A stretch of 64,000 nucleotides of DNA from Takakia lepidozioides (Eukaryota > Plantae > Bryophyta): contig CM060734.1 of assembly GCA_030704615.1 (NCBI GenBank), forward strand, positions 10,106,001 to 10,170,000, written 5' to 3'. A program made the translations under genes and the position numbers. This document shows, piece by piece, positions 47,916 to 60,897 of this stretch (within the stretch, counting starts at the first letter, position 1; each line of letters starts with the position of its first letter). The notes beneath the pieces are model-generated. The model did not search any database and was not told the DNA's origin. It saw only the letters and a list, made by a program, of their open reading frames with translations.

Positions 47916-50900
47916 CAATGATAGTATCGGGGTGGTAAGAACAGCTGGCAGGAACTCCTCGGATGTGGGAGACGCTCGCTCTCGAACCCGTCCTCTCCCG
48001 GGCTGACTCATATCGGCCAATCCACAAAGGCGGGGCGATGACCGCAGATAGCGTGTCCCATACACTCTCTCAACGGAGCTGATCGCCAAGCGGTCCTGTT
48101 GTGTGTGTACAACAGGGTATCTGTGATAGTGCGACACAACGCACAACAAGCCAAGTAGGCCACCTGCCACGCAAGATGGGCCTCAAGGGCTGAGTCAAAA
48201 TGAATATAAGCTACAAATGTGGCTGACAACAACCCGGCCAACGTGTGTTGAACCGGAAAGACGTAGAAATGGGAGCCGTCTGTGCTTCGGGTCGTCAGGG
48301 TCCAACCCGGGCGGAAATCCAATACCCACGATACTCCTCTGCAATGGTCAAAATACGTCGTCGCATCAACCTGCAAATCAATGTGGCCTCATGGGCCGGT
48401 ACGTCTCCAGTCTTGGTGCTGGAAATGATGCGATAGAGTCTGATCACCCGGTACTCAAAAGAATGCTCACGGCGAGGGGACTCCGATGATGCAGCCATAC
48501 TGCAACTCCATGAGAGCCATGATGTTAGTACATCACTAACTCCCTCCCTAAGCTATTCAGGATGTTCGCGAGTGTGCCACAGTAACGGCCTTCGCGTGTC
48601 TCAGAAAAGTATAGTAAATGAACAATAATGAATACAAAAAAACATAAAGAGCAACAAAGAGGATAAGGATTATCAGGCCTTTCCCCATGTAATCTGCATG
48701 GAATCATGACTAATTACTCACCTCCCGGCAGACGCACCATTTATATGACGAGCCCTGGACGCGCGCGGTCAGGGTGACGACATACTTGCTAGGAGGGGTC
48801 GAGGTGTGTAGCGGAATGGGTTGGGCGCCCACCCGACTGTGGTTAGTGCAGGGGGTTCCGCGGTAATGCCAGTGGCGGCTGCTAATCTAAATCTAATTCT
48901 ACCGACAAAGAAGAAATCAAGTTCTCCTTCATAGGACAATATTGCGTTTCTAAGTCATACGGTATATTTTTGTATTTCTAGTCTTGTCAATTGTCTTCCA
49001 AGTCTTTGTTTTATTAGCTAACTCCTACTGGCCTAAACCCCTTAACCGCTAATAGCCAGGACCTAATCCATTGTCCCTTCACAAAGCACTTACCGGGTTT
49101 AGGGAGGAAGAGGAACTGACTCTTCCCAATGCCCCTCCACTCCTGGGTGGTTGAGCTCAACCCACCTCTGAGGAAGGGCAAAACCTCCTTTGAAATCCCC
49201 CCCCCAATCCGGGGACTAAAACGGTCAAATTAAATCCAAGTTCCTATGACTAAATTTCCCTATTTATCCATGCAAACAAAGGGCAAAAATTAATAAAGAA
49301 ATAGGAAAATAATCATAAAATATTCCTAGAAAGAGAATCTCCTCTAGATTCCAGGGATCCAAAAATTGCCTGTAGGGGGTACGGGGAACAGCCGAGGAAT
49401 GTACCTTCTATGTGGGAACCCCAGGGAACCGCTGCCCCTACCTTAATGGATGAAAAAATAGAGTGGCGGATGAAGATCGTTGTTCATCCGCAAGCCAAAA
49501 CATGCATGGTTATCCTCTAAACCACTTCCCCTGATGGGACCGGCCTTTTCCTTCTCCAGGTGCACATAAAAATCATTAAATAAGTGGGGAAGGGCGCTTT
49601 TCCTTTCTAGAATGCGTCATCCTCTTCCTCTCACCACTCACTATTCCCTACTGTAGCCTTAAAACACGGGTAGAGTATTTTGCATCCAAAAAGTTTTCTC
49701 TCGCTGTCTCGGCATGTAGCTCGGAGCTAGGGACTCCCCTGGAGCTGAGCCCCGACTTAGTAGACAGGTCTCTCTTGAGGCACCCCCCCTACCAGAAACC
49801 GAGATTTTTTCTACCTGTCCATCAACATTTTATCACAAAAATCAGCCCAAAAGGGGTTCACCAAATATACATTAGTGGAATGGTTTAAAACCCCCCCTTA
49901 AAACCAGCCGCGGGGCTGTCTGCTGGGTAAAGTGCTCCCCCCGCCACGTGGCAAGGCGCAGGCGGTCGCGGTCCGCGGATGTCACCTATCCCGCGGTCCG
50001 TACAGCGGTCGCTGCCGGTGACCAGCGGTCCGCCACCCTTTCCGGGTAACCAGCGGCCCCTGGCGCGGGGCCTCCCAACTTGCACGCTTCGTCCTTGTGC
50101 TCAAGTACCGTACCCTAGTCAACATTTGGGGAGGGCCCCACGGCGCGTGGCTGCGGGGGGGCCTATGGCTATAGCCTGCTTTGACCTTTGGGCTATGGCG
50201 CCTCCAGCCGTACCTGAGCGGGCTACTATGGTGCCCAGGAAAAAAAAAAAAAAAAAAAAAAAAACAAACAAACAAAACCCCCCCCCCCCCCTTTTTTTTT
50301 AAAGCTTAATCTTCCCCCTTCTTGGGGGGGGATTAGTGAGTTAGTATGGCCCCTTGGCCTATATAAACACCACGGATCCTTGCTGGTCCTCCCTTCTTTG
50401 GACCTCTCTTGCTAAGAACTTAACACCAAACATATAAATGAAATGAAAATCAGCTCCCTACAGCTTATGGCTTAAGACTAGACCTTCATTCCCTCTTAGA
50501 CTTAAGGAAGTTTCCTTCTCCTTAACAAATGAACCTCTTCACATGGAACAAAACATCAATGGAGTACCTTCTGCTTTAACAAGTGAACCTTTCACTTAAA
50601 CCAAGCTCTCCTCTCACATTAGAGGGTTATCATATAAGAGACAACCACTCAGGGGCTTGTCTTGAACACTCGACATGGAATATCAAAAGGTAAATAACAA
50701 ATGCAAAGCAAGGGGAGTGGTGTATCAACCTTAGGAGCAATGTGAGCTTGGGATGCTCTAATGGCTCGATGGTGTGGCACTTTTGAGGCCCTCATAGGTG
50801 CTTGTCAACTTGGTCCACCCACAGCTCTCTACTCGTCCCAAGTCTCTCCAATCTACTCTCTTGTGATCACAAACTTCCTCCTTTATAAAAACCAAATGGC

Positions 50901-52477
50901 ACCAATGCCAACCAAGAACTAGACACCTTGCCTTAGTTCTAATAACACCTTCCTACACTAGGGAGTTTCAAGCTCCACTCCCTAGGACCTAGGCTCCCTC
51001 AAGCAAACTAGATTACAACAAAGCAAGAGCAAAGCAAACAAATGACTAGGTGAAGAAACAATGAAGCCTTGCTCTTCTTTTATACTCTTTTTGGGGCTCT
51101 TAAATTATTGTAGGATAGTCTTAAACTACTATAAACTAGAGGGAGATATAATTAAAACTATTAAAATAAAATAAACAAATATTTGGATGGAACTCATCCA
51201 GAGGACAGGTCAAAGGGTTCTTCCTCATCCTCTTGGACGGCTAGGTGACGTTTATCATCCAAACAACCCTAGGGCGAATTTGAGCTTTTTTCTCCAATGA
51301 AATACATAGAAAATCATTTAATTCGGTCGCCACAAGTGCCGTAGGCCTTGTAATTTGGTGCCACTGCAAACCTTAACCAAAAATCACAAAACTTGGTAAT
51401 AAATTATGATTAGGTGCTCCATAAGTTCCTGTAAATTCTCAGGTCAATCAGAGTTAAAAACCTTTCCAAACGCCGTTCTTCGTGGATCCGTCGTATAGGA
51501 AACTCGTTGCTTCTTTGGAAAAACATTCTAATGGTGATGCCCCTGGAGTTCCTGACCCCGCCACTTGATCGTAAAAGTTTGGAAGTCACCTCCAACTACC
51601 ATTTGCACAGTCGGCTTGCCCACGCTTCGCTCCAAAGTCGTCCGTTCTGCCGTGGTTCCGAAGCCGCATCCAGCTGTGTTGCGATATCTCATCGCTTTAC
51701 AATTTCGAACTCTCTACATTGCCAACTGCCCTCACTGTGTGAACCTACTAGATAAGAGAAGAGGGAGAAAAGACAGATTGCAACCCGTCCTCACAGTCGC
51801 CTCATACAATTCAAACGGTTCCAAGTTGCCGCTATTTGTATCGAGTTGGTAGCCTACTACGCTGTCTCTGCAGCTTTCTACTGTCATTTTGCCCATCTCA
51901 GACCCTATCTAAGTTCTTAAGTGCTTCATCAGCGGTTCCCAGATAACTAACAACTTGTCATGTTTTGGCAGTACAATGCCGAAACTGCATGGCTAAAGAT
52001 AAAAAAACGATCCAAAAATAAAATTGTACCCATTTATGCATCTACATATATGGCGACCAATGGGGAACACTCGTCCCGAGTGTAAAAGAATCCAGGATCT
52101 CTGGTTCGTAAATCCCCCTACTAAGGTATCCCTGATATCCCTTTGAGTCAAGGACTCTCTTGAAAAACTGGAAAAAAATGAAGAATGACAGTTCCCATAG
52201 GCGCTTCCTCTGCGGAAGAGTTCAAATCTTCCGAGAGAGAGAGGAAAACTAAAAAGAAAAAGACAAAATTTGTTTCAAAACCACTCGACTCGCCCTCTTC
52301 GGAGAGAGTTGGAGTTCCCAGATAAAAACGTTTCAAAACCGTCTTTCTCCCCCACCAGACTGGGTTTGAATCCCGTAGATGATGAACGAAGATATGCGCG
52401 GTGCAAGTTGATGGTCCTAATCTAAAACAGTCTTGGAAGGACTTTTGGTTCCTAAACTAACTGATCATGGCTCGCAG

Positions 52478-53195
52478 TGTCGCGGCCCTTTGCCTTGAGG
52501 GCAGGGGGTCGGGACGCAGAGGGGCTGCCCCTGTGGTGGGGGCGGTGGCAGCAATAGGTACGGGGGGCTGAAGCACCCTTGAGTGCCCAAGGCACTCAAG
52601 GAGGCGGAGGCACTCACTAGGTGGAGCCCCGCACACCGGGTTGCGGTGGGGGTGGCTCCACAAGGGGTGGTGGTAGCTTAGTGGGACTTAGTGGGGGTGG
52701 CATAGGACTCACCATGGGGCGGAGACCTTGTGGTGGGAGTCGTGGGGAGTCTTGGGACTCACCATGGTCCAATGGGGGGTGGGCCAAGACTCACTGCGAC
52801 TCATCACCGGGAATCGAGGGTCTTCGTGGTGGTTCGCCATAAAATGGCATGGTTATTTGTGAAACCCCCGCGGACAGTCACAGAAGTGTATATATAGGGA
52901 GTAGTAACCCCGAGAACGGTGCAAGCCCGTTGGTGACCAAAAACTAGTGAGTAAGCGAGCGAGCCGGAAAGCGACCAAGGAGTGGGGAGCTATTCCGGAC
53001 TGCCATCTACCAAAGGGAATTTCCACTAGGCCCAAATTGGTGGAGGGTCTGTTGGTAAAAAAAGGGGGGCAGTTATGTCCCGGTGAGCCGCCGAAGCTCC
53101 GAGTTAGCCCGGCGGCCAGGTTGGGAGTTAGGCGCGCGCATCAAAGTGAGTAACTATGACTTGAAGGGGAGCTTACCGAAGTGAGGTGCGCGACA
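52478..53195 (+). repeat. 5' LTR
   Basis: TGTCGCG...CGCGACA termini; preceded by CGCAG. Confidence 0.95.
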
Positions 53196-53197
53196 CT

Positions 53198-53209
53198 TGG
53201 TATCAGAGC
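53198..53209 (+). promoter_or_regulatory. tRNA-iMet primer-binding site
   Basis: TGGTATCAGAGC, 2 nt after the LTR. Confidence 0.95.
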
Positions 53210-53250
53210 TTAGAGTTCAGTACGCGATCGTCCTTGGGATCGGCCTCATC

Positions 53251-56200
53251 ATGGGGTCGGGCAAGCCAAAGCAAAAGCGGAATGGCCCGAAAGATGATGA
53301 TCCTGGTGAGCACGATAGGGGCGACGTGTCACCGAAGCGGCCATTTGAGGAAGCGATGCATGCTTTTGAAAACGAGGCCTCTCAAGAACGAGAGGAATCT
53401 GAGGAGTCGGAGCCCGAGGAATCCTTGAGAGCTCCAACAGACCAACAGATGCCTCCCATGCCAGCAGCCTTTTAGGAAGGGTTGTTGACGCAGTTTGGCG
53501 GGACGTTGAAAGACGTGTTGAAGGCGGCTAATGCCACTTCCACTAAGGCAAAGTTTAAGGTGAAGCCTAAGGAACCCGACACCTTCGAGGGCATCCAAAA
53601 TCAGAAGGCACTCAACACCTTGTTCTTGGAGCTAGAGCCGTACTTCCGGGCAACCAAGTTGAGTGACGAGGATCGGGTGGAAGTGGCTCCCACCTATTTG
53701 AGGGGCTATGCTCAACAATGGTGGCAGAAACGCCTTCACGACCGAGGTCCAAACACGGAAACCTTGAACTGGAGTGGGTTCAAGGAACTGATGAAAAGAC
53801 AGTTTGTGCCCCTCAACGCCTCCTGGCTCGCCCGGGACAGGATGAGGAATCTGAAGCAAATGGATGACATTCAAGGATATGTTCAGGCTTTCAATGTGCT
53901 GTTGCTCAAAGTCGCTGACATGGCAGAACCAAAAATGGTCTTCAACTTTGTGGCGGGACTGGCCCCATGGGCCAGACGTTAGTTGGAGGAGAAGCCTAAG
54001 ACTTTGAACGAGGCAATTGAGAGGGCTGAATGTTTCTCGGATGTCCCTAGGGGCGAAAGACAAGGCCGTACGGAGCTGAACCACAAGAGGACCCGGCGGG
54101 AGGTTGACTCCTTTCGACCGGAAAAGAAGTGGGATAGGCCACGCGGCGACAATGGCACGTGGAAATCGAAGGGAGGGCCTTCACACGCCAAGATGACACC
54201 CGGTGCTCCGAAAGGAAAATCAGGTGCGACGCCTTATGGCGGACAAAAGGCGACCTTCGATGGAGTGTGCTTCAATTGTGGGGAGCCCGGGCACATGGCC
54301 AAGAGGCGGTGGTCGCCAAGACTTGCAAAGTAGGCAACTACTCTTGTGAGTTGTATCAGGAAACTGGCGCCTTGCGTAAAGGGAATCAGTTAATGTTTGT
54401 GAGTGGGGTAATCTCCGGAACTAACGTGTCGTTGTTGGTGGACACAGGAGCGTCGCACTCCTTCATGACACCGGCAACGGCACGGAAGCTGGGACTCCCG
54501 ACAAGTGATGTGGGGGCCTCTATTGAGGTGCGTTCTGCTAAAGGAGAACCACAATTGGCGACGAGGTTGGCGTTCGATGTTCCTCTTCAGCTCGGGAGTT
54601 GGGAGGGACGTGAGAACTTCACCATTTGCGAGATCGATGGAGTGGATCTCATTTTGGGGATGACCTTTTTGAGCAGATCCGGAGCGGTCATAGATGGCCG
54701 CAAGAGAGTAGTCACGCTACCGTGTGGGAATGGTGGTGAAGTTTTACGAGTATCGGAAACGCCCAACCCCGTGGGAGGGTGAATAAACCTTCTGTCAGCA
54801 AGGGAGTGGGCCGTGGAGGAGTCACACGAGCCCCAGTTTTTGCTTTATGTAAGACAAGTGAAGGGAGAAAGCAATGGGGAGCCGAGCCCAGATTGGATCA
54901 AGGGGATTTTGGAGAAATACCAGGATGTGATGCCGGAGGATTTACCAAGCGGCTTGCCACCGCGAAGGGGAGTTGACCACAAGATTGAAGGTGATACCGG
55001 GATCGGAGCCGCCTGCCAAGGCGCCCTACCGGTTGAGCCACATAGAGTTGGTCGAGCTGAAGACTCAGCTCAAAGATCTAATGTCAAAGGGGTACATCCG
55101 GCCGAGTAAGTCACCTTACGGAACCCCGGTGCTATTCGCAGACAAGAAGGATGGGACGTTGCGGATGTGTGTCGACTACAGGGCTTTGAATAAGGTGACT
55201 ATCAAGAACCGGTACCCTTTGCCAAGAATCGACGACCTCTTTGATCGGTTGGTAGGAGCGAAGTATTTCAGCCGGATCGATTTCCGCTCCGACTACCATC
55301 AAATCCAAGTGGCGGAAGGAGATGAGGAGAAAACCACGTGCAAGACAAGATATGGTTCGTATGAGTTCTTGGTGATGCCTTTTGGACTCACCAATGCACC
55401 CGCGACCTTTAGCACGCTGATGAACAGCATTTTCCAGGAGTGGCTAGATGACTTTGTGATCGTGTACATCAACGACATCTTGGTATACTCGAAAACAAAA
55501 GAGGAGCACTTGGAGCACCTCAAAAGGGTGTTCCAGAAATTGCGGGAAGGGAAGCTGCATGCCAAAGCTTCAAAGTGCGAATTCGGGGTCACAAAAGTGG
55601 AGTTCCTGCGGCATGTGATTACATAGGATGGGATCAAAATGGATGACAGAAAGGTGAGGGCGATCTTGGACTAGGAGCCTCCAACTTTGGTCCCGGGAGT
55701 GCGATCCTTCCTAGGACTCGCCTCCTATTACCGGAAGTATGTGAGAAATTTCGCCAAGATCGCGGGGCCGCTGTCAGACCTTCTGTGTAAATCCAAAGTC
55801 TGGGTATGGAACACCTTTTGTGGTCAAGCTTTTGCCGAGTTGAAGCAGCGGATGGCGGAAGCTCCAGTCCTCAAAATCCCGGAGTTCGACCATCCATTTG
55901 AGATTCATACGGATGCGTCGGACTTCGCTATAGGGGGTGTACTCATGCAGGATGGACGTCAAGTGGCTTACGAAAGTAAAAGAAACTGAATGAAGTAGAG
56001 CGACGATGGCCTACGCATGAGAAGGAAATGAAGGCGGTGGTGCATTGCCTTGAGCTTTGGCGCCACTATGTTGGTTCCAACCCGGTGAAGGTGTTCACGG
56101 ACAATGTCACGGTGAAGTATTTTGCCACGCACCCTAAGTTGTCCCCAAAACAACCTAGGTGGCAAGATACTTTGGCGGTCTTTGACGTGGATATCCAGTA

Positions 56201-57735
56201 CAAACCGGGACGAGACAATGTGGTGGCCGATGCTTTAAGTAGAAAGCAGCAGCTTATGTTGGTGTACATGGGCGAGACGGCGCTCCAAAGGAAGATCCGG
56301 AAGGCTTACCGAAAAGATGAGATGGCGAAGTCCGTGATGCAGGACTTGAGGATAGGGGGTTAAATTGCAGTTCCACTTGCAAAATGGACTGCTCCGGTAT
56401 AAGCAAAAATGTCTCTACGTGCCGAAGGGAAGGATCAGAGATAGTCTCTTGAGAGAATGTCATAATGGCCCGCTTGCGGGCCACGGCGGAGCCAAGCGCA
56501 CCGCGGCATTCTTGAAGAAAGAGTATTTCTGGCCCAAACTGAGGGAGGAGGCCGAGGAGTATGTCAAGACATGCACCACATGCCAACAAAACCGGAGCGA
56601 GTACAAAAAGCAATTGGGGCTGTTACAATCTTTGCTGATTCCAGAGGGGTCTTGGGAAAGTGTCTCGATGGATTTCATGACTGCTATGCCGCTGTCAAAA
56701 GGATTCGATGCAATCATGGTGGTGGTGGATAGGTTCAGCAAAATGGGCCATTTCATCCCCACCAAGGAGACGGCAACGCCACAGGAGACGAGAGGACTTT
56801 ACTTCGCCCACGTCTTCAAGCATCATGGACTCCCGAAGGATATTGTCTCGGACCGCGATCCAAAGTTTACGAGTAAATTTTGGAGGGCACTTTGGAAGAA
56901 GATGGGGACGAGGCTCAAGATGAGCACCGCCTTCCGACCTACGACGGACGGCCAAACGGAAAGGGTGAATTCCGTGGTGAAGCAGATCTTGCGGAAGTAC
57001 GTGTCGGTGGACCAATTGGATTGGGTGGAGCACTTGGTCGCGACAGAGTTCTGTTATAATAACACAAAACACTCCGCAATGGGTGTTTCCCCTTTTGTAT
57101 TGGTCTATGGAAAAGCACCTCTAGTGCCGACAAGTTGGGCTGCCCAAGACGTTGAGGAACCGGCAGCAGCAGCGGTGTTGGAGGAACGCGAGCGCTTGTT
57201 GAAGCTCGCAAAGTATAACATCGCCAAAGCTAGGAAACGGTATGAACGGCAGGCAAATCGGAAGTGGAGGGAAGTCAAGTTTGAGGCAGGCACGGAGGTC
57301 TGGTTGAACATCAAGAATTTTTTACTACCTCCGGAAGTGAGTCCGAAGTTCGTACCTCCGTATGCGGGCCCCTTTCGCATCCGGAAGGTTATGAGTGAGG
57401 ATGTGTATGAATTGGAGCTGCCGGCAAACAGCAAGGTGCATCCGGTATTCCACGTCTCATTTTTGAAGCCTTACTTCAAAGATGAAGCGCGTCCGAATCG
57501 GCATCAAGTGTTGCGTCCGCCACCTGTGCTGTTGGATCATGAAAATGAACCTGAGTACGAGGTGGAGGCAGTGCTTAAGTCGAGGAGGTTCAAGAATCAA
57601 GAAACGGAGTATCTCGTGAAATGGAAGGGCTATCATCATGCGGAGGCATCTTGGGTACATGCCTCAGAAATGGGAAACGCATCCGAGGCGGTTGCAGCTT
57701 TCGAATGGCAACCTCAAAAGCGGAAGAAGCATTGA
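53251..57735 (+). pseudogene. gag-pol with chromodomain; stops and frameshifts
   Basis: CFNCGEPGH; LVDTGASH; [25 protein letters not shown] (YIDD mutated); TDASDFAIG; SMDF / SDRD / GQTER, PYAGPF; chromodomain YEVEAVL...YLVKWKGY..ASWV. Confidence 0.93.
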
Positions 57736-58696
57736 TGGGGACATCAACCTTGGATCGTGGGGGAGGAAATGCATGCTTAGCCCGGCTTAGCTAGCTCAGG
57801 AATACGATTGCAAAAACTTGTGTTGTACAAATTTTGTTATAAATGAAATGGTTCCAAAATGTTGCGCCTCCTATTTTGTTTGGAATGGTGATGCATGGTA
57901 TGGTTGGCTAGTGTGTAGAATGCATGCTAGCTTACAAAAGTGGGAGAGGTAAATTGGATTAATCGTGTGTTTGCGTAGTGCCGAAATCGGGTGACTCCCA
58001 TCCAAGGGGCAAGGAAACTTGTGCCTTCTTTGGGAGTTCACGTGCTAGTGCGCACTTGGCGCGTGCGCGTACAATAACTGCGCTACCGAAGGGGTTGCCT
58101 TGTAGTGCGGGCTAACGCGGAAGCTACGTGCTTCCGTTCACGTACTATAATCGTGTAGCCTCGGGATGAAGTCGTAGTGCGGCTTCGGCATGTTCTCGTA
58201 CCTCAGGCCAGCATTCCAAGGCGGACCCAATTGTAGTGATTGGGGCGCACGGTTGGTTCAAGGTTATCTTCCTAGTCAAAAAGGGTTCAAGGTGAACCTT
58301 TGCTCAAGGTGATGCCAAAAGCAGCATCATGAGTGGTCGCAAGCAATGTTGTTGCAGTTAGGCGATTCAATCCTCGGGGAGGATCGTTTCTTGGCCGTGA
58401 AGTGGGCCAAGAAGAGTGCACTGGGACTCGGGAGGAGCTTGAGAGGCTCCACCCTTGGCCGGGACTTGGAGAAAGTCGGCCGAACTAGCTAGTGGAGAGT
58501 AGAGTCAAGTGTGGGGTTTGGTTCTTTGCCATGGGACGCCATGGTGCGGAAACAAACTCCTTGATGTGGGATGCCACAACTTGGATGTTCGTTTCTACAA
58601 AATGGACAGAGGCACATGTGTGGGCAATACATGCACAGTAGGACTTTCCTTGTACAGACTTTGCACTTCCTGTACCATTGTGTGAGCCTGCCTACC

Positions 58697-58778
58697 ACCC
58701 CCTAAGGCCTGTGTCTGTCATCCCTAAGGCCTGTGTCTGTCACCCCTAAGGCCTATGTCTGTCACCCCTAAGGCCTCT
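58697..58778. repeat. ~22-bp tandem repeat, about 3.5 copies
   Basis: (c)cccctaaggcctgtgtctgtca repeated. Confidence 0.85.
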
Positions 58779-58799
58779 GTTGGTCTGAATCTACCATCC

Positions 58800-59570
58800 G
58801 TAAGTCTGCGCAAAATTAAGGGTACCCCACAGAACCCGTAAAACTGTCTAAGTCCCAGACAACCCTCTAACAGCAGCCCATCTGGAATGTCCACAATCAC
58901 CATGTCGGCACCATACGGTTTCTGAGCACCATTGACCCAACACTGCCCCTTCGAAACCTGAAAACAGACAGAAGGCAAAAATTAAATCACTATCCAAAAT
59001 GGAAAACATTAACAACAACAAACAGTGGGAATTGGCTTACCGACTCAAGGAATGCACACAGCTTGCCCCAAGTTCGAGAGAGTTTTCCAGTGTAACCAGA
59101 TTTTCTGCTCTCCATCATGGCAAGGAATGAATCATTGACAAGCTCGCATTTACATTCTCGCTGGATTCTGGATGGGTGCTCCACTGTGTCGTATGGCTCA
59201 AACTTCCCCTTGCGTTTTCGTTCCTTGTTTGCAATTGGGGTCTGCGCTGCCTCACCCCCCGCAGCCTCCCCTTGGGTGGCCTTCTCCTTCCCTTTGTCCT
59301 TTGTACCCTTTCCCGTTCCCTTCCCTCTCGCATGAGTTTTGTTGGCTATGGGTTCCTTCTCAGTGAGGTTCCGCAGATTCCTCTCATGCAATTCCTTGTC
59401 AGTTAGAGGGGCTAACGACTCCGCATTGTCGTTCTGGTTCCGTGTCTACAACTCATACCAGGGGCAATCTGGTTTGGGAATGTCAAGATACCAGCAGCAG
59501 TCCTTCAGGTGATATCTCTCGTAGTCCTTGAGGATGGCTGCCGTGTACATGTTCTGATTGTTAGAGGAGT
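58800..59570 (-). pseudogene. Spliced gene fragment of unknown function
   Basis: Coding-like 59570-59041 (one in-frame stop), intron gtaagc...ttttcag (59040-58959), then VSKGQCWVNGAQKPYGADMVIVDIPDG. Confidence 0.4.
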
Positions 59571-59689
59571 GTCGATCACTTTTTCGGATCATAATTTAGA
59601 ATAGCACATTTGATGTACATTAGTATATATTTTATGAAGTTTAGTATGAAATCATATTAAGAAATCATAAATAAAATGGAATTCTAGCA

Positions 59690-60310
59690 ATGGCAGAGAC
59701 GGAGGACCAGTCGAAGGACAACTCCTTGATTCCGGGATTGACAGACCATGTGACACTAGAATGCGTTGCACGGGTGCCTCGCTCTTATTATTTACCGTTG
59801 ACAGGTGGTTGTAAGAAATGGCAGAATGCGCTAGCGGTGGTTGATGATGAAGGCCGCAACGACGTCTTTGAGATTCGCAAAACGGGTAGAGATCAAGGAA
59901 GAATGGGTTTACATGTTGGCTGGTCTTGCACACAATGTACAGCCTCTCATAAATGCACGGAAATGGTGGGCGTTTGATTCCGGTAGTACGCGTTGGCGTT
60001 GTCTGCCAGGCTGCCCTATGGATTATACCTTTGAAGTTTATGACAAAGAGTCGGCAGTTACAAGAACTCAACTTTTGGTTTGCGGACAGTACTCTAGAGA
60101 CTACATGGTATGGAGGTATGATCTAGAAATCAATGAATAGTCTTCAACGCCAAGAATGATTCAAGATCGATGTCTTTTTGACTCAGCAAATGCAGGAAAA
60201 TATGCTTATCTTGCTGGAGGATCTCACCAATAGACGACTCTCAAAGCAATCAAGCGCTACAACTCGTTACTTCAAAGCATGGGAACCTCTCCTCGATCTC
60301 AACACCGCAC
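59690..60310 (+). pseudogene. F-box/kelch-repeat protein pseudogene
   Basis: F-box LIPGLTDHVTLECVARVP; EEWVY..WWAFD..RWRCLP; DKESAV; VWRYDL; RCLF..YAYLAGG. Frameshift near 59882 and stops at 60138 and ~60231. Confidence 0.88.
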
Positions 60311-60897
60311 GGGAAAGGGAGATAATGGAAAAACAAGGATAAATGTGAACCGCTGGATATTGGTTGATCAAGGGTAAGGATCCCCACTTTCCAAATGGAT
60401 GAATGACATGGATGAGGAACAACATTCATGAGGATTTAAAACGGCTCATGTATCAATGAATGTTGGTCATGTACCAACTTAAGCTGGTCATGTCCCTGGA
60501 TGGATGAAAATTATGAGGAAGAATGAAAATGGATGAAATCAGCGGATGGAACCATGGATGGATGGATTACGGGCTGGATCTCTGGACGGATGACAATGGA
60601 TGGAGGAAAAACACGTGGTTCGATCTGGACCGTTCAAGTGGAGGGTGCAGATCTGAAGGATTAAAAATAAAAATAAAATATATCTTATATTAATGAACAC
60701 TCTAGGGAAAATTAATTAAAAACTCTAACTAGGTGTCGGTGCTTAAATGCACCAGTAGTAATTTATTATTTTTGGAGAAAGAGATGGATGAAAGTAGTCA
60801 AAACAAGTGACGGATGTAGGACGACGGACTGAAATAAATCAGCCGGCGAAAGAGAGAACGGGGACAATCTAGTTCCTCTCTTGTTCTTCCTTCACTT

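Larger units (their letters stand above)
52478..58490 (+). mobile_element. Chromovirus (Ty3/gypsy): 5' LTR, PBS, gag-pol-chromodomain and partial 3' region
   Basis: See sub-features; the right boundary is approximate. Confidence 0.92.

Noticed and set aside
47915-51450. Short ORFs (48008..48498) and LTR-like non-coding DNA with poly-A/poly-C and GGATG motifs
   Set aside because: Probably TE-derived, but no termini, partner repeat or protein motif supports a call.
53470-56365. Programmed readthrough at in-frame TAG codons of the chromovirus
   Set aside because: Most fit CAG/TGG-to-TAG transitions expected from decay of a methylated element.
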